Of a stretch of 64,000 nt of DNA, positions 19,360 to 28,035 are shown in pieces. Under the pieces are notes generated by a model, which saw only the letters and a list, made by a program, of their open reading frames with translations, was not told the origin of the DNA and did not search any database. Numbering within the stretch: the first letter of the stretch is position 1; each line of letters begins with the position of its first letter. Position numbers and translations under genes: made by a program. Source of the stretch: Chloroflexota bacterium (GTDB taxonomy: Bacteria; Chloroflexota; UBA11872; VXOZ01); NCBI GenBank assembly GCA_963662335.2, contig CAXXVD010000002.1, positions 704,001 through 768,000 on the forward strand, written 5' to 3'.

Positions 19360-20214
19360 CTACCGCTTCTTCGTATGCAGATGCTTTTCCTTCAAGATAA
19401 CCTTCTCCGCCGTGCCGCCCATGATGGCCGTGCGCTTTTCCTCGCTCATCGGGAAATTGCGCAGGAACTCGACCTGCGGCAGCGGTTGCCAGGGGTGGAG
19501 GTAGTCGGTGCCGAGCATCAGCTTCTGCCAGTTGCGGTCGATGAAACCGGGCGTAAAGTCCGGGTCGCGGGAGATGGCGTTGAAGCCGGAACCGGCGGAG
19601 AGGTCGCCGTACATGTTGGGATATTCCTGCAGGAGGCGTTCCGTGCTGCCGCCGGGCGTCACCTTGCCCGGGGGATAGCCGATGCGGCTGGCGCGTTTGA
19701 AGTCCGCGGAAATTTCCGCCCACCACGCCGGGCCGTGGCCCATGAAGACGGTGTTCGGGCACTGTTTCAGCACGCGCTCCATGCCCGGTTGGCCGTCCTC
19801 GTCGGTGCAGAGGTTCAGGTCCAGGTGCAGCATAACCGGCAGGTCGAACTCGCCGGCCATTGAGAAGAGTTCGATGGCGCGCGGGTCGTCGATCGCCAGG
19901 CCGTTCTTGTGCTCGCCAAAGCCCATGATGCCGCGCGCGACCATCCGCTCCAGCAGCATGCGTTTGTTCACGGCAGCCCGCGGATCGATGACGCCAAACG
20001 GGATGAACCGCTCCGGAAACCGCTTCCAGTCTTCCAACGCCTCCGCCGTGAGGAAGTACTCCGGAAAGGACTCCGGACTTTCCAGCGGCAGCAGCACGGA
20101 CATGTCCACGCCCATCTTGTCCATGCGGTTCACCATCTGTTCCGCCGTCATGGTGAGGGCGTTGCCCATGCTCCAGCGTCCGCGGCACGTGTGCGTGTGT
20201 ACGTCGATAACCAT
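19360..20214 (-). CDS. amidohydrolase family 2 protein
   Basis: MVIDVHTH, GFGEHK, PVMLH, FMGHG, MLGTDY; GGAGG RBS. Confidence 0.85.
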   Translation of the reverse strand: MVIDVHTHTCRGRWSMGNALTMTAEQMVNRMDKMGVDMSVLLPLESPESFPEYFLTAEALEDWKRFPERFIPFGVIDPRAAVNKRMLLERMVARGIMGFGEHKNGLAIDDPRAIELFSMAGEFDLPVMLHLDLNLCTDEDGQPGMERVLKQCPNTVFMGHGPAWWAEISADFKRASRIGYPPGKVTPGGSTERLLQEYPNMYGDLSAGSGFNAISRDPDFTPGFIDRNWQKLMLGTDYLHPWQPLPQVEFLRNFPMSEEKRTAIMGGTAEKVILKEKHLHTKKR

Positions 20215-20330
20215 AGTGTGCGTGTACCTCCCGGTGGTCTGACTGCGTGCTCCCTGAAAGCGGTTGTTGACGTTGTTAGGAGTATACCGTATCCGGCACA
20301 ATGGCAGGGGCGTGAAACCTGGCGAGGAGA

Positions 20331-21413
20331 ATGCACATCGTGAACAAATTCGTTCTACCAACCCCGGCGCTCTGTATCGACATGGCGGCGGTCGGCCACA
20401 ACCTGCGCGCGATGCAGGACTTCGCCGACGGGGCCGGCGTGGACCTGCGCCCCCACGCCAAGACCCACAAGCACCCGTTCTTTGCGCACATGCAACTCGC
20501 CCAGGGCGCAGTGGGCGTCTGCGTGGCGAAACTGAGCGAAGCGGCGGTGATGGTGCAGGGCGGCGTCAAGGACATTCTCGTCACCAATGAAATCGCCGAT
20601 CCGCGCAAGTTGCGCCAACTGGCGGCCTTGGCGCACTACGCCACAATCACGCTGGCGGTGGATAGCCTGCCGTGCGCCGCGGACGCCGCGCGCGCCGCCA
20701 TGGACGCGGGCAGCACGCTGCGGCTGCTCATCGAGGTGGATAGCGGCTCGGAACGCTGCGGCACGGCGCCCGGCGAACCGACACTGGAACTGGCGCGGGG
20801 CATCATGGAACTGGAAAGCGTGGAATTCGCCGGCGTGATGGGCTATGAGGGCCACTGCATGTTCATCGAAGACGCGGACGAGCGCCGGCGGATGGCGCAG
20901 GCGGACCAGGAAAAGCTGGTAGGGAGCGCCGAACTCATCCGCGCCAGCGGCATCCCGGTGCAGACGGTCTCCGCCGCCGGCACCGGCACCTACGACGTTA
21001 CCGGCCGCTACCCCGGCATCACCGAGATCCAGCCGGGTTCCTACATCTTCATGGACGGGCGCTACCGCCCGCTGCGGCCGGAGTTTCGCTGCGCGCTCTC
21101 GGTGGTCTGCACGGTGATCAGCCGTCCCACGCCGGAGCGGGTGGTGGTGGACGTGGGCATGAAGTCGCTGACTAACGATTTCGGGATGCCGGACGTGCTG
21201 AGCATTCCCAATTGCGAGTTCTACCGCGAAGGCGAGGAAAACGCCTGCATCCGCCTAGCCGACACCAACCACCCTATCCGCCCCGGCGACCCGGTGGAAC
21301 TCCTGCCCATGCACGGCGATACGACGATTGCCGTGCACGATGAGTACCACCTCTGCCACGGCGAGGAGGTGGTGATGACGCTGCCGATACTGGGACGGGG
21401 GAAGTTTATCTGA
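20331..21413 (+). CDS. DSD1/D-threonine aldolase-like PLP enzyme (alanine racemase fold)
   Basis: TPALCID, RPHAKTHK, MGYEGH, GTGTY, EIQPGSYIFMD. Confidence 0.88.
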   Translation: MHIVNKFVLPTPALCIDMAAVGHNLRAMQDFADGAGVDLRPHAKTHKHPFFAHMQLAQGAVGVCVAKLSEAAVMVQGGVKDILVTNEIADPRKLRQLAALAHYATITLAVDSLPCAADAARAAMDAGSTLRLLIEVDSGSERCGTAPGEPTLELARGIMELESVEFAGVMGYEGHCMFIEDADERRRMAQADQEKLVGSAELIRASGIPVQTVSAAGTGTYDVTGRYPGITEIQPGSYIFMDGRYRPLRPEFRCALSVVCTVISRPTPERVVVDVGMKSLTNDFGMPDVLSIPNCEFYREGEENACIRLADTNHPIRPGDPVELLPMHGDTTIAVHDEYHLCHGEEVVMTLPILGRGKFI

Positions 21414-21552
21414 TGTGCTGGACAAACGGCGTAAGCCTGAGAATTCCTTGCCTGATTGGAGGTTAGATGCGTAGCTAACGCCTAAGGGGTGTGCAAAGAG
21501 CCGTATGGTAGAATAGTACTATCAAAGCGTGTATTGGCAAGGGGATAGCATC

Positions 21553-22017
21553 ATGGAGCACGACGCCAGAAGCGTGGCGAACGAATTGCTTCGCCGAGCC
21601 AAAGACGACGGCAGCCCGATAACCCACTTGAAGGTCATGAAGTTGGTCTACTTCTGCCATGCGTGGATGCTGGGCCTCTATCATGAACCGCTGCAATTTC
21701 AACCGGTTGAAGCATGGCGGTACGGCCCAGTGGTGCGAGACGTGTACCGCAGTCTACGGCGGTATGGCGGCGAGCCGATCAACCGCCCGATCAGCATTGC
21801 GGATGAAGAGTACACCCCTACCCAGAAGGATCTCATGGATCAAGTCTGGGAAGTCTACGGCAAATACACCGCCAGACAGTTGTCCGCCATAACCCATGCT
21901 CCTGGGACGCCATGGCACCAGGTCTGGCATCAATGGGGAAAGAGCGCCGTCATACCCGATCCTATGATTGAGGACTATTACGCAGACCTCTATGAGCAAT
22001 CGACAAGAGAGCCATGA
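21553..22017 (+). CDS. Panacea (DUF4065/SocA/GepA-like) antitoxin
   Basis: SVANELL, ITHLKVMKLVYFCHAW, EAWRYGPVV, LSAITHAPGTPW. Confidence 0.9.
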   Translation: MEHDARSVANELLRRAKDDGSPITHLKVMKLVYFCHAWMLGLYHEPLQFQPVEAWRYGPVVRDVYRSLRRYGGEPINRPISIADEEYTPTQKDLMDQVWEVYGKYTARQLSAITHAPGTPWHQVWHQWGKSAVIPDPMIEDYYADLYEQSTREP

Positions 22018-22376
22018 GCAGACAGGTCCCGGATGCGCGGCAGCCGCCAACGGAAACCGACGAGCCTCGCGCGGAAGAGGATTCCTTTGGTAGAGGTTCG
22101 ATCGAGGAAAGACTGGAAGCCGGCGAATTCCGGCGCTCGGAGAGACTGAGAGACGCGCTAAACGACGGCATCGTCTACGTCGCGCTCGTAGCGCCGTACT
22201 TCCTCGCAATAATCGGCGCAGTGCTCATGGTTGTGATGCTGTGGCATTACATTGGCCGTGAAGAATGGGCGTGGATGACGCCGCAGCAAGTTGACAAGGT
22301 GGAAGCGGTGTTCGGCGGCGGCATTCTGTCGGCGCTCTTCATCATGCTTAGAGACTATGTTGGTCGGAGAAAGTAG
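22014..22376 (+). CDS. two-TM membrane protein, putative Panacea-cognate toxin
   Basis: ATGA overlap with the Panacea gene; charged N-terminus followed by two hydrophobic segments. Confidence 0.7.
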   Translation: MSRQVPDARQPPTETDEPRAEEDSFGRGSIEERLEAGEFRRSERLRDALNDGIVYVALVAPYFLAIIGAVLMVVMLWHYIGREEWAWMTPQQVDKVEAVFGGGILSALFIMLRDYVGRRK

Positions 22377-22542
22377 CCCGCGGGCGTTAACTACCATGGC
22401 CAGCGCTCTGGTTCTTGCTTGCTTCTGCTAGCGGCTGAATCCTCATATCGGTATTGTCTTTAGAAGCGTCCCATCGTTCGGGTGTTGCTTGCGTTCAATT
22501 GGCCCTTGATGTCTGAGGTGACAATCATATGTGAGGTACATC

Positions 22543-22767
22543 ATGGGTGAAGTGCCCACGTATAGAGAAATCCAGGAATGCGCTGCTCAAGAGCTTTGCA
22601 TTAAACTATCCTCTGTCAAGACATGCTGCATTGCGAAGGTAATGCGTGAGTTGGGTCTACCCATGCGAAGCGCTTGGAATTCTAGTCCAGACAGAGATGC
22701 TTTAAGGTGCCCACCCCGCTACATTGAGGCGATAAGGAGCTGCATCGTAGCTCGGCTCGGGTCGTGA
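22543..22767 (+). CDS. small hypothetical protein (TY.EIQ / KTC.IA / CPP motif family)
   Basis: PTYREIQECAAQELCIKLSSVKTCCIAKVMRELGLPMRSAWN...RCPPRYIEAI; GAGG RBS. Confidence 0.6.
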   Translation: MGEVPTYREIQECAAQELCIKLSSVKTCCIAKVMRELGLPMRSAWNSSPDRDALRCPPRYIEAIRSCIVARLGS

Positions 22768-22976
22768 AGTCGACACATAGTAGTGTTTACGGTGTGCCTT
22801 CTTGGAGACATTCTTGGAACTCGAATGACTTACTGCTCAAACTCAAAGCAATAGATCGGGAATTCGAGTAGTAACTAACAGGTAATTGTTGTACTTTAAC
22901 TTGAAAAATGACACAAAATGTGGTATAAGGTGTGCAAGAGTATAAGTCGAGAGTAACAACTCCAAAGTGAGGCGAT

Positions 22977-24020
22977 TTGGTGGTACGAAACGTACAGTCC
23001 CTTCTTCGTCGACCAGTGACTGCCGCCATTCTTTCTGCCGATGCTGTCCATGGCGCGCTGGAGCGGCCTTTCCGCAAGCCGGCAATCGCTGAAGGCACTG
23101 GTACCGGTATCGTCAAAATCGAAGGTCTTACTCCTGCGGCTGAGGCGCCCGAGGTTCAGCAGTACATCCGCGCCGGTGCTTTGCAGTTCTGGGTAGCAGG
23201 CACGTTTGCGAACAATTGGCTTAGCAACCTTGATTTCAATTCGCTGCCGGCTAATCTGATCGACTATTACCAACGCGCAGGCACGCGCGGCGAGTATCGG
23301 GGCTTAGCAGGAGCGGAGGCGGTATGGGGGACGATTCCGCACTCTATACGCATGGCTGGGCCGGGAGCGCTGCAGGAATTTCGCAGCGGACGCGACTGGA
23401 GCCACATTGTGCCGCGGAGCCTGGGAGGGAGTGATAGCGCCAGCAACGGCATCTTCGAAGAGAGGAGTATCAACCAGGCCAGAGGCGCAGCGACGATGAC
23501 GAGCGAGGAGATTGGCCTGGCGCGGCAGGCGCTGCAAACTGAGGCAGTTCGCCATGCGGTAACGCAAACAGCTTCGGTCATGGTTTCTGCGGCCCTCGCT
23601 GCAGCCGTGGTAGAGGGCGTTTTCGCCCTAATGGAGGAAGGCTTACGCTTCTACGATGGAGAGATAAGCAGGGCCGAAATGCATTCGCGGGTGTGGAAGC
23701 GTTTAAGAAAGCGAGTTGCGCTCGCTGTTGTCATTTCGGGGCTTGTCGCAGGAATGGCAATTGTCTTTCCTTGGTTCACGCCGATATTAGGCGCTTTGGC
23801 GATACCAATGGCCGTAGCAAGCTTCGTTTTGTTGGGACATCGATTCTATAGCTTGAGCATGGAATGGAAGCAGAGAATGGGACTTGAGCCGGTTTTGACA
23901 GCTTGGCATCAAACCAAGGATATTCCTGATAGGGCATGGCAAGAGGCAAAGATTGTTTCGATCGAGACATGGCAAGGCGCAAATGGACTTTCAAAGCGGA
24001 CAGTGGAGTGGGTTGGATGA
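22977..24020 (+). CDS. hypothetical protein with HNH-like motif and C-terminal TM hairpin
   Basis: DWSHIVPRSLGGSDSASNGIFEERSINQARG; hydrophobic segment near residues 247-287; start uncertain. Confidence 0.65.
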   Translation: MVVRNVQSLLRRPVTAAILSADAVHGALERPFRKPAIAEGTGTGIVKIEGLTPAAEAPEVQQYIRAGALQFWVAGTFANNWLSNLDFNSLPANLIDYYQRAGTRGEYRGLAGAEAVWGTIPHSIRMAGPGALQEFRSGRDWSHIVPRSLGGSDSASNGIFEERSINQARGAATMTSEEIGLARQALQTEAVRHAVTQTASVMVSAALAAAVVEGVFALMEEGLRFYDGEISRAEMHSRVWKRLRKRVALAVVISGLVAGMAIVFPWFTPILGALAIPMAVASFVLLGHRFYSLSMEWKQRMGLEPVLTAWHQTKDIPDRAWQEAKIVSIETWQGANGLSKRTVEWVG

Positions 24021-24042
24021 GCCAGCGCGAAAGCGTACGCGA

Positions 24043-24639
24043 GTGACGATTCAGAACGGTCATCTGCCCGTGGTTGTTGGCATCACCGCCGCCAGCGGTG
24101 CGGCGTTGACCGAGCGCTGCGTGACGTGGCTGGCGGCGCACGGTGTGCCGCTCTACGTCACGTGCAGCAACAACGGCCGGCTGGTCTGGCGGCAGGAATT
24201 GGACGAGACGCTGGAAGACGCCGCCGCGCGCTGGCGGGAACAGGGCGACGTGACGCTGGTGGACGTGGGTGACGAGGCGGCCTTGATTGCCAGCGGCAGC
24301 CTGCTCACGGCCGGCATGATCATCGTGCCGTGCAGCACCGGCTCGGCGGCGGCCATTGCCAACGGCGTCTGCACGAACGTGCTGCACCGCGCGGCGGAAG
24401 TGACCCTCAAGGAGAAGCGCCCGCTGGTGCTGGTCCCGCGCGAATCGCCCCTCTCGGCCATCCACCTCGAATCCTGGCTCAAGCTCGCCCGGCTGGGCGT
24501 CGCCATCGTGCCGCCCATGCTCACCTTCTACAACCACCCCCAGAACATCCAGGACATGGTGGACTTCAGCGCTGGCCGGGCGCTGACGCTGCTGGGCTTT
24601 CCAGACGCCCTGCCGGAGCGCCTGCGCTACCGGCGGTAA
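24043..24639 (+). CDS. ubiX: flavin prenyltransferase
   Basis: VVGITAASGA, IASGS, IVPCS, RAAEVTLKEKRPLVLVPRESP, FYNHP. Confidence 0.92.
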   Translation: MTIQNGHLPVVVGITAASGAALTERCVTWLAAHGVPLYVTCSNNGRLVWRQELDETLEDAAARWREQGDVTLVDVGDEAALIASGSLLTAGMIIVPCSTGSAAAIANGVCTNVLHRAAEVTLKEKRPLVLVPRESPLSAIHLESWLKLARLGVAIVPPMLTFYNHPQNIQDMVDFSAGRALTLLGFPDALPERLRYRR

Positions 24640-24797
24640 CACGTGTGGCGCAAGCCTTTGGGGCGAAAGATAGGCCGGGCGCGCGATTCTCCTCGCAGCC
24701 ATGCGACCTAATGCGGCCAACGACACATTTGTGCTTTCGTTCACAAGTGCGGTATCCTGCACGCATATCTACGCAGTCAAAAGGAGGATTGGGCAAC

Positions 24798-25796
24798 GTG
24801 GGTCTCACACGAAGAACACTACTGCGCGGCGCGGCGGCCGGCGCGCTGGCGCTCCCGATTCTGGCGGCCTGCGGCCAGGTTACGGTAACGACGGACGAGG
24901 CGGAAGCGCCGGCGGCCCCGGCTGAACCGGCAAAGATTCGCATCGGCGACCTGCCGCTCATCGACATGCTGCCGGTCTACGTGGCGGAACAGGAAGGCCT
25001 GTTCCCCGAAAACCTGGAAGTGGAACTGGTGCCGTTTTCCAGCGCCCTTGAGCGCGACACGGCCTATACCTCCAAGCAGGTTGACGGCGTGCTCAACGAC
25101 TTCGTCTCCGCCACCGCCCTGAACCGCGACCAGGACTTCACCCGCAACGTGCGCGTGATTCTGCGCTCCACGCCGCAACTCTCGCTGTTTGCGCTCCTGG
25201 CGAGCAAAGAATCCGACATCGAGAAGATCGAGGACGTCAAGGGCAAGCAGATCGCCATCTCGCCGAACACCATCATCGAGTACGTGCTGGACCGCATGCT
25301 CGGCACGGTGGGCATGGGGCATGACGACGTGGAGAAACTGGCCGTGCCCAGCATTCCGCTGCGCCTGGAGATGCTGAACCAGAGCAACGTGACCGCCGCC
25401 GTGCTGCCGGAGCCGCTGGTCAGCTTCAGCATGTTGCAGGGCGGCTCGCGCCTGATTCGGGATGACGCCGAGACGCAATTCGGCGCGTCGCTGCTCTCCT
25501 TCCGCAGCGACGTCATCGCCAACCACGAGGACGTCGTGCGCGGCTTCATGGACGGCTTCGAGGCCGGCGTCAACCGCATCAACGCCAACCCGGGCGCCTA
25601 CCAGGACCTGATGGAAGCGCGCGGCCGCATTCCGCCGCCGCTGTTTGGCACGTTTTCCGTGCCCACGTTCCCCGCCGCTGCGGTGGTGCCGCAGGCGGAA
25701 TTCGAGGCGGTGGGCGAGTGGGCGGTGGAGCGCGGCCTGCTGCAAGCGGCGATACCCTACGAAAACCTGGTGGATACGCGCTTCTTGCCGGGATAG
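24798..25796 (+). CDS. NitT/TauT/SsuA-type ABC substrate-binding lipoprotein
   Basis: AAGGAGG RBS and GTG start; TRRTLL twin-Arg, LAACG lipobox; PVYVAEQEGLF, KGKQIAIS, AAVLPEP. Confidence 0.85.
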   Translation: MGLTRRTLLRGAAAGALALPILAACGQVTVTTDEAEAPAAPAEPAKIRIGDLPLIDMLPVYVAEQEGLFPENLEVELVPFSSALERDTAYTSKQVDGVLNDFVSATALNRDQDFTRNVRVILRSTPQLSLFALLASKESDIEKIEDVKGKQIAISPNTIIEYVLDRMLGTVGMGHDDVEKLAVPSIPLRLEMLNQSNVTAAVLPEPLVSFSMLQGGSRLIRDDAETQFGASLLSFRSDVIANHEDVVRGFMDGFEAGVNRINANPGAYQDLMEARGRIPPPLFGTFSVPTFPAAAVVPQAEFEAVGEWAVERGLLQAAIPYENLVDTRFLPG

Positions 25797-25906
25797 CCGC
25801 CGCTGCCGGGACGCGCGGCAATGGATGCCTGCCTGTGGCGACGAGGCTAGCACTGAGCGCCAGTTGTGAGCATGGTTCGAGGCCGTTGTATGACCGGAGC
25901 GAGTGA

Positions 25907-26722
25907 ATGAGCGTGCAGCCCCAGGCCGCGCCACAGGCGAGAGTTGCCGAGACCGGGGCCGCTGCCGTCACGCCCCGCGCGGAACTGCGTGAAGTTACCT
26001 TCGCCTACCGCCCCGGCCAGCCCATCTTTGGCGGGTTTTCCTGGCAAATCGCGCCCGGCGAGGCCTGGGCCGTCATCGGCCCCTCCGGCTGCGGCAAGTC
26101 CACGCTGCTCTACCTGCTCACCGGCCTGCGCCAACCTGAGGGGGGCAGCGTGCGGGTGGACGGCAGCCAGGTGGGCGCGCCGCGCCCCAGCAGCGCGACG
26201 GGCTTGATCTTGCAAGACTACGGCCTGCTGCCGTGGGCGACGGTGTGGGACAACGTGCGGCTCGGCCTGCAATTGCGCGGCGCGCCGCGGGCGCGGCAGG
26301 AGGAACAAGTAACCTACTGGCTGGAGCGGCTCGACATCGCGGCGCTGCGCGACCATTATCCGGCGCAACTCTCCGGCGGCCAACGGCAGCGCGCGGCGAT
26401 CGCGCGCACGCTCGTCTTCCAGCCGAACCTGCTGCTGATGGACGAGCCGTTCAACTCGCTCGACGCCCTCACCCGCGAGCGCTTGCAGCACGTGGTGCTG
26501 GAGTTGATCGTGGAGCACGGCCTCACCACGGTGCTGGTGACCCACAGCATCGAGGAAGCGGTTTTCCTCGGCCAACGGGTGCTGGTGCTCACGCAACCGC
26601 CGGCCGCGAGCGCGCACGTCTTCGAAAACCGCCACGACGCCCCCCACGCCTACCGGGCGGAGCCGGCCTTTCTGACCCAGTGCACGGCGTTGCGGGGGCT
26701 GCTGGCCGGGTCTGGCGAATAG
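25907..26722 (+). CDS. NitT/TauT-type ABC ATP-binding protein
   Basis: GPSGCGKST, LLPW.TV..NV, LSGGQRQR, LLLMDEPF, VTHSIEEA. Confidence 0.93.
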   Translation: MSVQPQAAPQARVAETGAAAVTPRAELREVTFAYRPGQPIFGGFSWQIAPGEAWAVIGPSGCGKSTLLYLLTGLRQPEGGSVRVDGSQVGAPRPSSATGLILQDYGLLPWATVWDNVRLGLQLRGAPRARQEEQVTYWLERLDIAALRDHYPAQLSGGQRQRAAIARTLVFQPNLLLMDEPFNSLDALTRERLQHVVLELIVEHGLTTVLVTHSIEEAVFLGQRVLVLTQPPAASAHVFENRHDAPHAYRAEPAFLTQCTALRGLLAGSGE

Positions 26723-26744
26723 GAGTAGGCCGCGTCCGCACTAC

Positions 26745-27557
26745 ATGAGCACGATTCCGCACTACATCATGAGCAAGGATAACCCGCAGCTCAAACGGGC
26801 GCGGGCGCTGCTGCAATCGGCGCGGCGGCGGCGAGAGGAACGGGCGTTCGTCGTGGAAGGCGTGCGCCTGGTGGAGGAGGCCCTGGCCGCCGGGCGCGTG
26901 ACGACGCTCTACGCCTGTCCCGAGTTGCTGTCCGCCCACGCCCGCACGCGGGCCTTCCTGGACGGCGTGCCCGCTGCGGGCGGCTTCAACCTCATCCACG
27001 TTGCGCCGGACATCTTTGGCGGCTTGACGGATACCGCCGCGCCCCAGGGTGTGGCGGCGGTGTGCGCCATGCCGGAAGAAAGCGCGCTCGCGCCCACCGC
27101 TACCCTGGCGGTGCTGCTGGACGGCGTACAAGACCCGGGAAATGCGGGCATGATCGTGCGCGCCGCCGCGGCCGCCAACGCCGACGGCGTGCTCTTTGGC
27201 CCCGGCAGCGTCGACCCATACAATCCCAAGACGCTGCGCGGGGCCATGGGCGCGCACTTTCGCACCACGCTGCTCGATCTCCGCAACGAGGATGAGGCGC
27301 GCGCGGCCGCGGGCATGTTTCCGCAACGGGTCGCGGCGGCGGCGCGGGACGGCGCCCGCTACGATACGCTCGCTTGGACCGCGCCGACCCTGCTGATCGT
27401 CGGCGCGGAAGCCCACGGCCCCGGCGACCTCGGCAGCAGCCTGCAAACCGCTGCCGCGTCGATTCCGCTTGCCAGAGGAGTCGAGTCCCTCAACGTAGGC
27501 ATGGCCGCGGGCATCCTGCTCTTCGAGGCCGTCCGCCAGCGGCAGACCGCCACGTAG
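26745..27557 (+). CDS. TrmH/SpoU family RNA methyltransferase
   Basis: VEGVRLVEEAL, DGVQDPGNAGMIVR, GAEAHG, ESLNVGMAAGILLFE. Confidence 0.93.
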   Translation: MSTIPHYIMSKDNPQLKRARALLQSARRRREERAFVVEGVRLVEEALAAGRVTTLYACPELLSAHARTRAFLDGVPAAGGFNLIHVAPDIFGGLTDTAAPQGVAAVCAMPEESALAPTATLAVLLDGVQDPGNAGMIVRAAAAANADGVLFGPGSVDPYNPKTLRGAMGAHFRTTLLDLRNEDEARAAAGMFPQRVAAAARDGARYDTLAWTAPTLLIVGAEAHGPGDLGSSLQTAAASIPLARGVESLNVGMAAGILLFEAVRQRQTAT

Positions 27558-27605
27558 CCCAAAACGGCGCAATGCCGTCATTGCTCTGAAAGTAGCGAGA
27601 ACGAG

Positions 27606-27725
27606 CCGTTCGCCCTGAGCGTCGTCGAAGGGTGAACGGCGGATTGAGGGTGTAGCAACTCCGAACGCACATCTTTCCGTTCATACTTCGACAAGGGCTT
27701 CGCGCAGCCCTCAGCACGAACGGAA
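27606..27725. repeat. REP-like inverted pair (GTTCGCCCTGAGC / CTCAGCACGAACGG family)
   Basis: related copies at 52957-53031 and 61492-61612. Confidence 0.65.
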
Positions 27726-27817
27726 AGATGTGCGTTCGTTCTCATTCCCTCGTGTAGCCGGCGGGCGGCCATGGCGCTATTTTCAGAGTAGTGACGGTCG
27801 GGAGGACGATTGTGCCT

Positions 27818-28016
27818 GTCATTCCGAGCGCAGCGAGGAATCTAGAGTCGCTACGTCTATCTACCCGCCGGCCGCAGCCGCATAGATTCCTCACTCCGCT
27901 GCGCTTCGTGCGGAATGACAGTGGGTGGCGCTGCGCTTCGTGCGGAATGACGGTGGGCGGCGCTGCGGTTCGTGCGGAATGACGGTGGGTGTCGCTACGC
28001 TCCGTTCGGAATGACA
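27818..28016. repeat. GTCATTCCG...GGAATGAC REP-like element with right arm repeated four times (32 bp period)
   Basis: unit cgctgcgcttcgtgcggaatgac(a/g)gtggg.gg at 27897, 27929, 27961 and 27993. Confidence 0.85.
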
Positions 28017-28035
28017 TTTACGTGCCGGGCACTGG

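Noticed and set aside
21420-24020. Prophage or integrative element at the low-GC islet
   Set aside because: No integrase, phage structural genes, tRNA target or att-like direct repeats were seen.
27897-28016. Possible CRISPR arrays (also 9073-9160, 40622-40746, 52957-53031 and 43150-43535)
   Set aside because: Units are head-to-tail or joined by near-identical linkers, with no unique spacers and no cas genes. Most derive from REP arms.
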